56,383 nucleotides of DNA from a virus (lineage: Duplodnaviria; Caudoviricetes). Below are positions 46,248-54,117 of this stretch, piece by piece. The DNA is taken from positions 1-56,383 of the IMG/VR virus record IMGVR_UViG_3300031841_002004; one strand, 5' to 3'. The notes below the pieces were generated by a model. It worked only from the letters and a program-made list of their open reading frames with translations, ran no database searches and was not told the DNA's origin. Made by a program: the position numbers and the translations under genes. Each line of letters starts with the position of its first letter. Position 1 is the first letter of the stretch.

Positions 46248-46707
46248 CGATTCTCATTGCTGAATCATTCTCTTCACTCAGTTGCCGAAGAGTCATGTTC
46301 TCAATAAATCTCTGGGCTGCAAACTCTTGGTCTGCCTCATCGAGTCCTTCGATTGCTAGACGCAAGTGATCCAGTTCATCCTCTGTTCTTAGTTGATGCT
46401 CTGCTTCACTCATTGCCACCCGTTCACCAGGTGACCTAGTAATCTTTCGCATGAACTTGCACATGGCATTCAGTACTGCCCGTGCGAAGTATGCCTTTGG
46501 ATATGGCAGTTTCTTTTTGTCATAGGTAATAGCTGCCTTTGACAATGCAAGGTAACCCTCACCCTCAAGGTCAGGTATCATTGCAGACCTTTGCCACCCT
46601 GGTCTCTGCGAAACAAAGTAACGTGAGAGCATGCGAACTAAAGGCATGTACTCAACTGCCAGTTTTTGTCTTGCTTTTGATAACTTCGATTTCTTTTTCG
46701 TGGGCAT
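46042..46707 (-). CDS. Phage-encoded RNA polymerase sigma70-family factor
   Basis: Region 2 (YMPLV...DLEGEGYLALSKAAITYD...AYF) and region 4 (LRLAIEGL...MTLRQLS). Confidence 0.8.
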   Translation of the reverse strand: MPTKKKSKLSKARQKLAVEYMPLVRMLSRYFVSQRPGWQRSAMIPDLEGEGYLALSKAAITYDKKKLPYPKAYFARAVLNAMCKFMRKITRSPGERVAMSEAEHQLRTEDELDHLRLAIEGLDEADQEFAAQRFIENMTLRQLSEENDSAMRIVTMKNRRLMKELAEKLDIRLPMPGKDSGNRWASTCPKNSSGSQACESLPGKACSQFSSKTNPGRPAGK

Positions 46708-46879
46708 CTAATCGCTCTTCATGTTGTTCCAGTTTGATACGGAGTTCTTTAATCAACTCCGGTAATGCCTCGACCGACTGCGCTATCAGCGCAACCTTGG
46801 CGTGTATAGAAAACGCCCAAGGTATAACGGCAAAGACGGCAGCTAATAACACTGCGAGAATTTCTACGTCTACTGTCAA
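46652..46879 (-). CDS. Single-TM coiled-coil protein (holin-like candidate)
   Basis: Start re-called at TTG 46879; transmembrane segment ILAVLLAAVFAVIPWAF followed by a coiled coil. Confidence 0.5.
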   Translation of the reverse strand: MTVDVEILAVLLAAVFAVIPWAFSIHAKVALIAQSVEALPELIKELRIKLEQHEERLDAHEKEIEVIKSKTKTGS

Positions 46880-47145
46880 AGCTCTTCCCCCATAGCCATC
46901 AGGGCCATAAGCCCTACATATGGATGCAAGCGACCAGTTTCCACCTGATCCCAGATGCAATCCTTCATTTGTTCTTCTTCTTCTCGGGGGTACACGTAGA
47001 TATAAGTCTGCCCATTACAAGTGATGGTCATATCTACAACATCCTCTTCACCGAATTCGTAGTTGTCGAAGTCAGTGTCGTCGAGAGGTAGAGATTCGTA
47101 GTCGTTAAACCAACTATCGAATGAGAACCGTGGTGCATTTGCCAT
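46876..47145 (-). CDS. Small acidic hypothetical protein
   Basis: Overlaps its neighbours within the operon. Confidence 0.55.
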   Translation of the reverse strand: MANAPRFSFDSWFNDYESLPLDDTDFDNYEFGEEDVVDMTITCNGQTYIYVYPREEEEQMKDCIWDQVETGRLHPYVGLMALMAMGEEL

Positions 47146-47422
47146 TAAGGCATCGCGTTTCTTTCTTGGCCGGAGGTTCGTTTATCTCGACGGGGTCATG
47201 TACTAGTGCCTTGTCAGTGGTCTTACACTTACAAGTTTCTGGGCAGGGGCAGTCAGTGATGTGACCGTCACCGTGAATAATCTTCCCACCTTCACATATG
47301 CCACAGCATTCAGTCGGCGTGTCATCCAGTGGTGCAGCCAAAACATAGGCAGCTTCACATGCTATGCGTGGCGTGTAGTCAGGCTGTGGGTCAGCTAGGA
47401 GAGCGAGGATAAATTCAATCAT
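47114..47422 (-). CDS. Small Cys-rich protein with a hydrophobic N-terminus
   Basis: CCGIC.G.K...GDG...CPC...C.C zinc-finger-like motif. Confidence 0.6.
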   Translation of the reverse strand: MIEFILALLADPQPDYTPRIACEAAYVLAAPLDDTPTECCGICEGGKIIHGDGHITDCPCPETCKCKTTDKALVHDPVEINEPPAKKETRCLNGKCTTVLIR

Positions 47423-48347
47423 CAGATAGCATTCCTATGGTTCCGAAGTCAGGCAGTTGTTGTGGTGGGAAACCATCAACACCACCATACACCCAGCAGT
47501 CTCCACTGCTTACGCATACATTGAAGTCGTCGGCTGTTGTAACAATCAAACCTGGCGGAGGTTTAGGGAATGACTTAGGCCAGTCTTTCACTGGCTTATT
47601 CCATGCTCCCCATGAGTTGGCTATGAACCATACACGGAAGGGCCAGAATTCTTTTGTGTCGTCGTACCCCACGATTCCCATGTCATGATTCCATGACCCT
47701 TTTCTTTCGTGTACGTTTCGGCTTGAGGGAGTGCCGCTCCATGCAGCAGACTGCCCCGAGTGTGCGGCGTACCCATTGATCATGGCATCCATCAAGTCTT
47801 CCTGCGACTTAATGTTTCGGATATTGTTTACCTTCTGATTGTTGCACAGTTCCTTGACTTCATCAGGCACACCACCTCGACCCCATCCTGTACCGATGCT
47901 GCTTTTGTATTTGGTCAGGTCACACGCATCGTACTTCTCTCGTACTAGGTATCCCGTATCTCTTTCAAACCGTGAAGCTCTAGCCGGAGACATGCCTTGA
48001 CCACTATGTCCTCTTGCGCCATACGTTGGCTCAGTCGCACCACGTTTGTAAAAGTCAAAGGGTTCTTTCCTTACGAGGATGCGACAACACCGTGAGATAT
48101 CACGGGCGTTACGCGAGCCATGCGAGACACAGTCTCCTGTTGTCTGCCGCTCACTGAATGCACCCTTATCGAACTTGGTGTAGTACTGCCACAGTAAAGC
48201 TCGCTTGCCCTTGCCACTGTCCTTGATGTTCCCTTCACTGAAGTACGGATGCTTCTGTGACTCTAAGAACTGTATGCGTTCACGTACATCCTCGATGTAC
48301 CCAGGCAAACCATCTTCGTATTCTTTGACAATGTCTTTATCTGGCAC
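47415..48347 (-). CDS. Papain-like cysteine peptidase (C1 family)
   Basis: Q..GDC catalytic Cys, H.M.IVGY catalytic His and NSWG. Confidence 0.85.
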   Translation of the reverse strand: MPDKDIVKEYEDGLPGYIEDVRERIQFLESQKHPYFSEGNIKDSGKGKRALLWQYYTKFDKGAFSERQTTGDCVSHGSRNARDISRCCRILVRKEPFDFYKRGATEPTYGARGHSGQGMSPARASRFERDTGYLVREKYDACDLTKYKSSIGTGWGRGGVPDEVKELCNNQKVNNIRNIKSQEDLMDAMINGYAAHSGQSAAWSGTPSSRNVHERKGSWNHDMGIVGYDDTKEFWPFRVWFIANSWGAWNKPVKDWPKSFPKPPPGLIVTTADDFNVCVSSGDCWVYGGVDGFPPQQLPDFGTIGMLSDD

Positions 48348-48741
48348 TTGCAGCTATCTCCTTACAAGCAGCAACGATGTCGTCCGCAACTCCTGACAAA
48401 GCTACGTTGTCTAAAGAGATGTGGCTTCCAATAACCTCTTCGACGGCATCGTCTAAATCGGGGTACTTTCCCACTAGGTCTGTACCTCCTACGGCTAGGC
48501 CCAGTGTGTTCTGATGTATCTCTCGCCACGCAGCAGTGGTAGGTATTCGCTCACCACCATCACGCTCTGTTATGTCAGCTAACGATTCGTAGATACTGGC
48601 GACAGTCGCCTTGTCTTTAGCAGTGGCATAGCGGAGAGCTTCAGCTACTACACCTGTTGGTTTTGGTGGTGCTTCTTTCGCAGGAAGGAATGTGTATGCC
48701 ACATAGAGAACTGCGATAGCCATCACGATATGCTTGCTCAT
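48337..48741 (-). CDS. Membrane-anchored or exported protein
   Basis: N-terminal hydrophobic segment followed by a Pro linker. Confidence 0.6.
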   Translation of the reverse strand: MSKHIVMAIAVLYVAYTFLPAKEAPPKPTGVVAEALRYATAKDKATVASIYESLADITERDGGERIPTTAAWREIHQNTLGLAVGGTDLVGKYPDLDDAVEEVIGSHISLDNVALSGVADDIVAACKEIAASAR

Positions 48742-48977
48742 GTCTTCACCTTTAATAGAACTTCAAGCAGACTGTTGCATGCCTTAGTCACTTCTGTTGT
48801 GGCATGAGCCTGACGTATAGCAACAACATCTTCTATCTCTTTCATCAAGTCAGGCTTTGCCTTGGTCACTGGCTTAACTTGAGGCACGGTATCTATAAGA
48901 GCTTTAATGTTTGGGAGGTAAGCCCACACAAAGATGCAGCCCACTATTACCAAACCAATAATCTGTTGCGTTGTCAT
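48738..48977 (-). CDS. Small single-TM protein
   Basis: IIGLVIVGCIFVWAYL transmembrane segment. Confidence 0.6.
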   Translation of the reverse strand: MTTQQIIGLVIVGCIFVWAYLPNIKALIDTVPQVKPVTKAKPDLMKEIEDVVAIRQAHATTEVTKACNSLLEVLLKVKT

Positions 48978-49852
48978 AGAAAACTTTCCGTTTTGATTAA
49001 CATTTGTTTCGGATCAATCAGACCCCAACCGTAGATATCATCGTGTCCAGCTTGACCAACATCGGTACAGGTTTCGCGTAAGACCTCGAAGACATCTGGT
49101 GGGTTCTCCCTGTCTTTCCAAGCAGACAGGTACAGGGCCAGCACTCCAGCTACAAAAGGCGCAGCCATACTTGTGCCAGATAGAGTTGCATAATCGTTAT
49201 TGAGCCAGGTGCTTGTGATATCTTCGCCAGGAGCTGCAACAATTATTTGTCTGCCCCGGCAACTAAACTCACACGCATGGCCTTTGCTATCAACCGCACC
49301 GACCGCAACTGTTTCTGGGAACGCAGCGGGAAAATTCACTGACCCTGCATCATTACCCGCAGCGCAGACAGTGATCACCCCCTCTCGATGAGCTTCTTCA
49401 ATCGCATTATGAACTCCTTTACTAGGAGAAGAACCACCCAGGCTCATGCAGATAATGTCTGCACCAACTTTAGTGGCATGTCGAACCGCTTGGGCAACAT
49501 GTTCGTTGCTACCAAATCCTGAATGCCCTAACACTTTTAAAGAAAGAAGTCTGGCTTTCGGAGCGACTCCTTTACATCTACCTCCGGTGCTAGCAATGAT
49601 GCCAGCAACGTGAGTACCGTGACCCAAGGTGTCATAGAACTCCGAGTCACTAGTGAAGTTGCGATAGTCTGCACACTCTAGGTGCGAGTGTTGTGCAACA
49701 CCGGAATCTATCACGGCTACAGTCACACCTTTACCCTGAGACTTCTGCCATATCTCTGGTATGCCATAGGAAGAAACTCCCCAATCAACACCAGTTGACA
49801 TGATTGAACTACCGAACTGAACTCGGTATGGCGGCAGGTGAACTAAGCTCAC
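48974..49852 (-). CDS. Subtilisin-like serine peptidase (S8)
   Basis: VAVIDSG, HGTHVAG, AAGN and GTSMAAP catalytic motifs. Confidence 0.95.
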   Translation of the reverse strand: MSLVHLPPYRVQFGSSIMSTGVDWGVSSYGIPEIWQKSQGKGVTVAVIDSGVAQHSHLECADYRNFTSDSEFYDTLGHGTHVAGIIASTGGRCKGVAPKARLLSLKVLGHSGFGSNEHVAQAVRHATKVGADIICMSLGGSSPSKGVHNAIEEAHREGVITVCAAGNDAGSVNFPAAFPETVAVGAVDSKGHACEFSCRGRQIIVAAPGEDITSTWLNNDYATLSGTSMAAPFVAGVLALYLSAWKDRENPPDVFEVLRETCTDVGQAGHDDIYGWGLIDPKQMLIKTESFL

Positions 49853-50196
49853 TTGCCTTCCCGTTGCACAAAATCAAAAACGATTTGAAGAACAGGGATG
49901 ATGATACTGGTCACTGCTATCCAGGGGATACCCAACGCAGACACATCAGCACCAAGAGCCATCAGCTCCACATCGTCTTCATAATCAAATGAGTCAGCGT
50001 CAAACGCCAGCACTCCACCGTCTTCAAACAACGGCAATACAATTCGAGCAACGGCATCAACAATCTTCCATCTCTCTTCAAGAGACATGTCTGTTGACCA
50101 TGCTTTAGTAAGCTCATAAATCTGTAGAGCCTGGTCACGGTGGCTTAACAACCAACGTGCGATTTTAACTACGGTCGCCATCGTCCTCTCCTTCAC
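49849..50196 (-). CDS. Hypothetical protein with a hydrophobic C-terminus
   Basis: First gene of the protease cassette; probable start MATVV after GGAGAGG. Confidence 0.6.
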   Translation of the reverse strand: MKERTMATVVKIARWLLSHRDQALQIYELTKAWSTDMSLEERWKIVDAVARIVLPLFEDGGVLAFDADSFDYEDDVELMALGADVSALGIPWIAVTSIIIPVLQIVFDFVQREGK

Positions 50197-50584
50197 TCAC
50201 GAGTAAGACGGCAATGACGGCATGGCCTGCTATGTCCATCATCGTTCGCCTAATATCAAATGTCCTTAAAGTGCCACCGAGTCTCCGGTATTTTTCACCA
50301 ATCCTTGCGAGTTGATATCTCCAAGGTTTAATCCCTGTCTCAGCCACACCTTTGGCGTTTGCGAGGGGTTCTTCTACGCAGTTGTAATACCCTCGTTTGC
50401 GGCTCAATAGCTGCCAGACGCTAACGCATACACCCCAGTATGGGTCTGCCTGGAGTAGCAGGCTTAGTTCTCCAAGGAGTGTTTCTATACGCGCTTGTGA
50501 TTCTTCCGAGTTCAGCCCAGAAGGTTGCGTGGTGATGGGGGTCTTCTCTACCGTCAACGTCTTCGAGTCCTTCAGTCCTAGCAT
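50165..50584 (-). CDS. Hypothetical protein, possibly nucleotide-modification-associated (DUF1599-like)
   Basis: K...Y, RI.EK.RRL and T.MDIAG.A.I pattern. Confidence 0.4.
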   Translation of the reverse strand: MLGLKDSKTLTVEKTPITTQPSGLNSEESQARIETLLGELSLLLQADPYWGVCVSVWQLLSRKRGYYNCVEEPLANAKGVAETGIKPWRYQLARIGEKYRRLGGTLRTFDIRRTMMDIAGHAVIAVLLVSEGEDDGDRS

Positions 50585-50807
50585 GGGCGTATTCCTCCAG
50601 TAGTGTGTCAATCAGCGTGTCATTGCTCAGGTCGTTCCTCAGTCGTATCACTCCCTGTTCCTCGTTCACGAGATACCATTCCCCCAGACGGTCTGGCAGA
50701 GTCTTTCCCTCCACCAGCTTGATCCGAATCTTGAATCTCACTGGGTAATGTTTCATCAGCCAGCGTCTGACCTTGTCTATGAATTTCCTCTGCAAATCTT
50801 GGGGCAT
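50421..50807 (-). CDS. Zincin-like protein with an EExxH variant motif
   Basis: DTLLEEYAH...H...FW segment. Confidence 0.5.
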   Translation of the reverse strand: MPQDLQRKFIDKVRRWLMKHYPVRFKIRIKLVEGKTLPDRLGEWYLVNEEQGVIRLRNDLSNDTLIDTLLEEYAHARTEGLEDVDGREDPHHHATFWAELGRITSAYRNTPWRTKPATPGRPILGCMR

Positions 50808-51105
50808 CCTGCAACCTCATAATTAAGACCCATTCTTCTCTGTTGCGACGATGCAACACGACAGGCACTTTGCCTCTGGCATCTACAACTGCTTGGGCTA
50901 ACCAGTTGTATGGATTACCTTTCTCTGTCCTCTTAACCTCAACATGTATCTCTGTATGGTCTGTCTTGATGTCAGGTGAGTCTGGGCCTCCTGCGAATTG
51001 GCAGCCCCTAAAACTATTCACGTTAAAAGTTTCCGACCAAGCTTTCGCTCCAGACCGTTCACCACGCGCGCCCTTGGCACGAGAATCTATTTTTCTTTTT
51101 GCCAT
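50620..51105 (-). CDS. Holliday junction resolvase-like PD-(D/E)XK nuclease
   Basis: SRAKGARGER, PD and HVEVKR motifs. Confidence 0.8.
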   Translation of the reverse strand: MAKRKIDSRAKGARGERSGAKAWSETFNVNSFRGCQFAGGPDSPDIKTDHTEIHVEVKRTEKGNPYNWLAQAVVDARGKVPVVLHRRNREEWVLIMRLQDAPRFAEEIHRQGQTLADETLPSEIQDSDQAGGGKDSARPSGGMVSRERGTGSDTTEERPEQ

Positions 51106-51112
51106 GTCGCTC

Positions 51113-51367
51113 CTAAAACAAGTATGCGAGTTCACCGTAGTTGTCTCGATTCTCGACAAGCACAGTACTCACCGAACCAAACTGTTCTTCAACTAATCGT
51201 GCGATTGATGTTGCTTTACTTTTGCCAAGCACTTTTTCGTTCTTGCCAATCCAGGTTCCTACTTTGCTGGCAAACCTGAAGTCGGCGTTCTCTCCGAGCG
51301 TAGGCCAGTACACACGCACTACCCACTTCGTAAGAGTTACTTTAGTTCCGCAATGAATGTCAGACAT
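51113..51367 (-). CDS. Small hypothetical protein
   Basis: ORF in the operon; start re-called at MSDIH. Confidence 0.5.
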   Translation of the reverse strand: MSDIHCGTKVTLTKWVVRVYWPTLGENADFRFASKVGTWIGKNEKVLGKSKATSIARLVEEQFGSVSTVLVENRDNYGELAYLF

Positions 51368-51743
51368 CGTCAGGTTCCTTTGATTCAAGCATCATCGTTA
51401 AACAATCGAACACATGGTTCGGGTGGTCATCACAACAATCATTCTTGATTAGGTAGTCGCACAGACTTTCTTTGCTTTGAACATCAAGCAAGTCCACAAG
51501 CAATCGACCGTAGCTATCTCTCCACCACTCATGACTATCTAGGTACAACCTTCCGTGATCAGCATGCACCTCCACCCAATCCACAATCGCTTGCTGGCAA
51601 TCAGGCGTATGGTTCTTTGTGCAAATAGGCACTGCGTAAACATTCACGTTGGCTGAAATAGCTGGCACGTTTGTCCTTATGATGAAAGTGTCAGGCCGGG
51701 TGACCCGTATGACCTGGGCAGTCAGGGGTTTCTTTTTGACCAC
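51360..51743 (-). CDS. Thermonuclease (SNase)-like protein, divergent
   Basis: V.RV...DTF N-terminal strand and RDSYGRLL motif. Confidence 0.55.
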   Translation of the reverse strand: MVKKKPLTAQVIRVTRPDTFIIRTNVPAISANVNVYAVPICTKNHTPDCQQAIVDWVEVHADHGRLYLDSHEWWRDSYGRLLVDLLDVQSKESLCDYLIKNDCCDDHPNHVFDCLTMMLESKEPDDV

Positions 51744-52123
51744 GTTAAGTTTCGTTCTCGTTCGTTCATGTAAAATTCCGGTATAGGTTCTGGGTCTACT
51801 CCCAGATGTTTTTTGTTTTTTAACTTTGCTAAAAACTGTGGGTCGTAAAGCTCAGGATCACTCTCCCGTTTAGCCTCTAGCAGAATTGCTAGCGTTAGGT
51901 CTGGCGTGTTAGCCACTACCTTCCCGCCGTGGTACACACCGTGGCATCTGTTACACAACGTGAGGTATGCCCTTGGTGTATGTGCCTTCTGTCTATTTGC
52001 TCCTCCAACTAAATGGTGTACCTCTAATCGCCTACGCCCGTCTGACTCAGGCCAGTGGCAAACTGCACAACTCCTGTGCAAGTCGGCCCAAGCAAACATC
52101 TCAGCTCGCTGCTTTTCGTTCAC
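51722..52123 (-). CDS. HNH endonuclease
   Basis: CxxC, LEVHH and LCxRCHxxxH. Confidence 0.8.
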   Translation of the reverse strand: MNEKQRAEMFAWADLHRSCAVCHWPESDGRRRLEVHHLVGGANRQKAHTPRAYLTLCNRCHGVYHGGKVVANTPDLTLAILLEAKRESDPELYDPQFLAKLKNKKHLGVDPEPIPEFYMNERERNLTWSKRNP

Positions 52124-52529
52124 GGTAAATGCCTGGTGGATTCGTAACGTAAGACAACGCTCGCTTTACTGTCGCTACTGTGTCTCCTATTTTTCCTAAC
52201 CCTGTATTGCAACTACTGCAAAGAATGCCTCGCACCTGATTGCTGTCATGACAATGGTCAATCATTGCACGAGTTTTCGCACCAGGTGTCCATGAGATTT
52301 TTTTTCCACATAAGTCGCAATGAACTATCTTCATTAAAAGTTTTATTTCTTCTGTTGTGACTTTGTATTTTGTTTTGATGTTGATTATTTTCTGTCTTGC
52401 AGCGCAGTAACTTGATTGGCGACTTTTCTTAGCACACTCTTTGCATTGCCAACACAAACCATTTGGTCTAGTACCGTCCTTACTAAAACTCGTTTTATGT
52501 TTATTTTTGTTGCATGACGGACACTTCAC
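52101..52529 (-). CDS. Endonuclease VII-domain protein
   Basis: IDHCH...VRGILCSSCNTGLG plus an N-terminal CxxC/CxxC finger. Confidence 0.9.
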   Translation of the reverse strand: MKCPSCNKNKHKTSFSKDGTRPNGLCWQCKECAKKSRQSSYCAARQKIINIKTKYKVTTEEIKLLMKIVHCDLCGKKISWTPGAKTRAMIDHCHDSNQVRGILCSSCNTGLGKIGDTVATVKRALSYVTNPPGIYRERKAAS

Positions 52530-53032
52530 GGAGCGGCTCCTTCCAGAGCAAACTCCATTGATGGGACAAGACCTACGTGTAGTTCATCTTCTGTCAGCCG
52601 TAGCCTTGGGCCATAGCCGTAGTCGTGTAGGTCACCAGCCTGTATCTCTTCGAGGGTAGCCCAACCGGCAATGCGAGCTTGTTGATTAGGAACATCAACT
52701 ACTGTCAGCACGTAGTAGTCAGCCCAGTGCTTCTGGTCAGGAAATACAACTAGGTCTGGTGAATGAATCCTAGTGGTAGCTTTGACATCTACTGTGCCAA
52801 AGTCACAACTGAAGTCTTTGCCGTTGTCGCCTTCCGGTCTCAGCTCTTCATCTATTGGCTGACCGCATGCAAGGCTTACTGCCACCTCGCCAGCTAATCC
52901 AACTAGCCAGGTGCTGTGTTTAGAAAGATGCAACCCAGATGCATAGTTACGCTTCTGGTGCTGACGCTCCTGATCCAGCAAGGCAATCCTTTGCCAATGC
53001 TGGGATAGGTCAATCCATTGTGGGGAAACCAA
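52526..53032 (-). CDS. PD-(D/E)XK-like hypothetical nuclease
   Basis: G.AGE.A, D.G.D, VDVKAT, D.YVL and I.GW pattern. Confidence 0.55.
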   Translation of the reverse strand: MVSPQWIDLSQHWQRIALLDQERQHQKRNYASGLHLSKHSTWLVGLAGEVAVSLACGQPIDEELRPEGDNGKDFSCDFGTVDVKATTRIHSPDLVVFPDQKHWADYYVLTVVDVPNQQARIAGWATLEEIQAGDLHDYGYGPRLRLTEDELHVGLVPSMEFALEGAAP

Positions 53033-53068
53033 ACTCCGTTTAGCCCTTCACCTCCATGAAGTTGCATT

Positions 53069-53097
53069 ACTGTACGCTTGTCCACCATGCATGTCAA
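53069..53097 (-). promoter_or_regulatory. sigma70-type promoter TTGACA-N17-TACAGT driving the nuclease cluster
   Basis: Perfect -35, 17-bp spacer and a 4/6 match at -10. Confidence 0.7.
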
Positions 53098-53104
53098 GGA
53101 GAAA

Positions 53105-53445
53105 ATCTGGGCCTCTATATATAGACCACTGCTTTCTTAATACTTGCAGGTCAACCTTGGCTTTCAGGAAAGGGAAGCAAGGTGCGCAGGGAGATAGTCC
53201 CACCGCATGCTTGCAGTGTGACCCCTGCACTCCCAGCGTACCCTTGGCTTTCGAGGTTGCGGTCGCTTTAGTGCGTCCCCAGTTCACACAGGTCTGGGGC
53301 TTGTTGCTTCTTTTGCTGCTGTGTCAGCGTGAGACTAGGCTATCAACTTTCGGGCTTGCCTTTGTGGTCATGTCTCGTCCCTCAATCTCTCGTTACCGAG
53401 AGCCTCCGCCTGTCAACCACGCCACCGAACACCGACAGGTCAAAC
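53105..53445 (-). ncRNA. Candidate large structured non-coding RNA
   Basis: About ten consecutive or nested stems, a GUAA tetraloop, G-U pairs favouring the minus strand, and no credible ORF. Confidence 0.55.
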
Positions 53446-53487
53446 ATTCGATGGTAATTAATACGTTTTAATTTTCTTTAATTCAAA

Positions 53488-53631
53488 TTACTTTACAGCA
53501 AACATTAGTCCTACATTGGCAAGAGCGTAAGCAAAGTATGTAACAGCCATTGGCAGGTTGCCCTTGTAGGTTTGCTCAATCGCAACGTACAGGTAAATCA
53601 AACCTGTGATTGCAACCAGCGGTACGCTCAT
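53488..53631 (-). CDS. Small two-TM membrane protein, 47 aa (MSVPLVAITGLIYLYVAIEQ...), not in the ORF track
   Basis: Translated by hand; AGGAGG RBS; ATGA overlap. Confidence 0.7.
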   Translation of the reverse strand: MSVPLVAITGLIYLYVAIEQTYKGNLPMAVTYFAYALANVGLMFAVK

Positions 53632-53939
53632 CCTCCTGACCTATGTTCTTTAAAGTCTTTAGCAAGCCGACCTACTAGCCGACTGCCAACTCTCCTAAAA
53701 ATACACGGCAGCAATGAATGAACTATCAAGGCCACTCCCGCCAGTATGCATCGCACACCATGCCGAAACGCAAAACGAAAGTGTCCTAGGTATGTCATGT
53801 TATTTTTTCTTAAATGTCTTCTGGCTCTTTTAAAAATCTCTGTGTCTCCTTGTGTCACCTGGCCCGTACATAGTGCAAAGGATTCGCGGCAGTGTTGGCT
53901 TATTGCCACCAGTGACTCGCCCACCTTTGCAATCTTCAA
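53628..53939 (-). CDS. DUF6356-like small protein (true start probably downstream, near 53830)
   Basis: HL...MTY..H..FA.........HS.LP.IF motif. Confidence 0.55.
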   Translation of the reverse strand: MKIAKVGESLVAISQHCRESFALCTGQVTQGDTEIFKRARRHLRKNNMTYLGHFRFAFRHGVRCILAGVALIVHSLLPCIFRRVGSRLVGRLAKDFKEHRSGG

Positions 53940-54117
53940 TGTGTTTGTTTCTAATTTCGTATTTCGCTTTAGCTATTCGCCGCAGCTCCTGCACTGCAAG
54001 TTCATTAGCCTCTTCAAAAGAAAGAGCGCCATGAGACTCAGCATGAATATCATTAGCTACCTGTAATGTTGTGGTGTCGTAAACGTCCGTGTACTTATTT
54101 TCGTTCTCGTATGTCAT
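53830..54117 (-). CDS. Hypothetical protein
   Basis: ATGA-coupled ORF. Confidence 0.5.
   Translation of the reverse strand: MTYENENKYTDVYDTTTLQVANDIHAESHGALSFEEANELAVQELRRIAKAKYEIRNKHIEDCKGGRVTGGNKPTLPRILCTMYGPGDTRRHRDF

Noticed and set aside
53048-53471. ORFs 53048-53287 (-) and 53091-53471 (+)
   Set aside because: No RBS or protein-like motifs; the region is better explained by RNA structure and a promoter.
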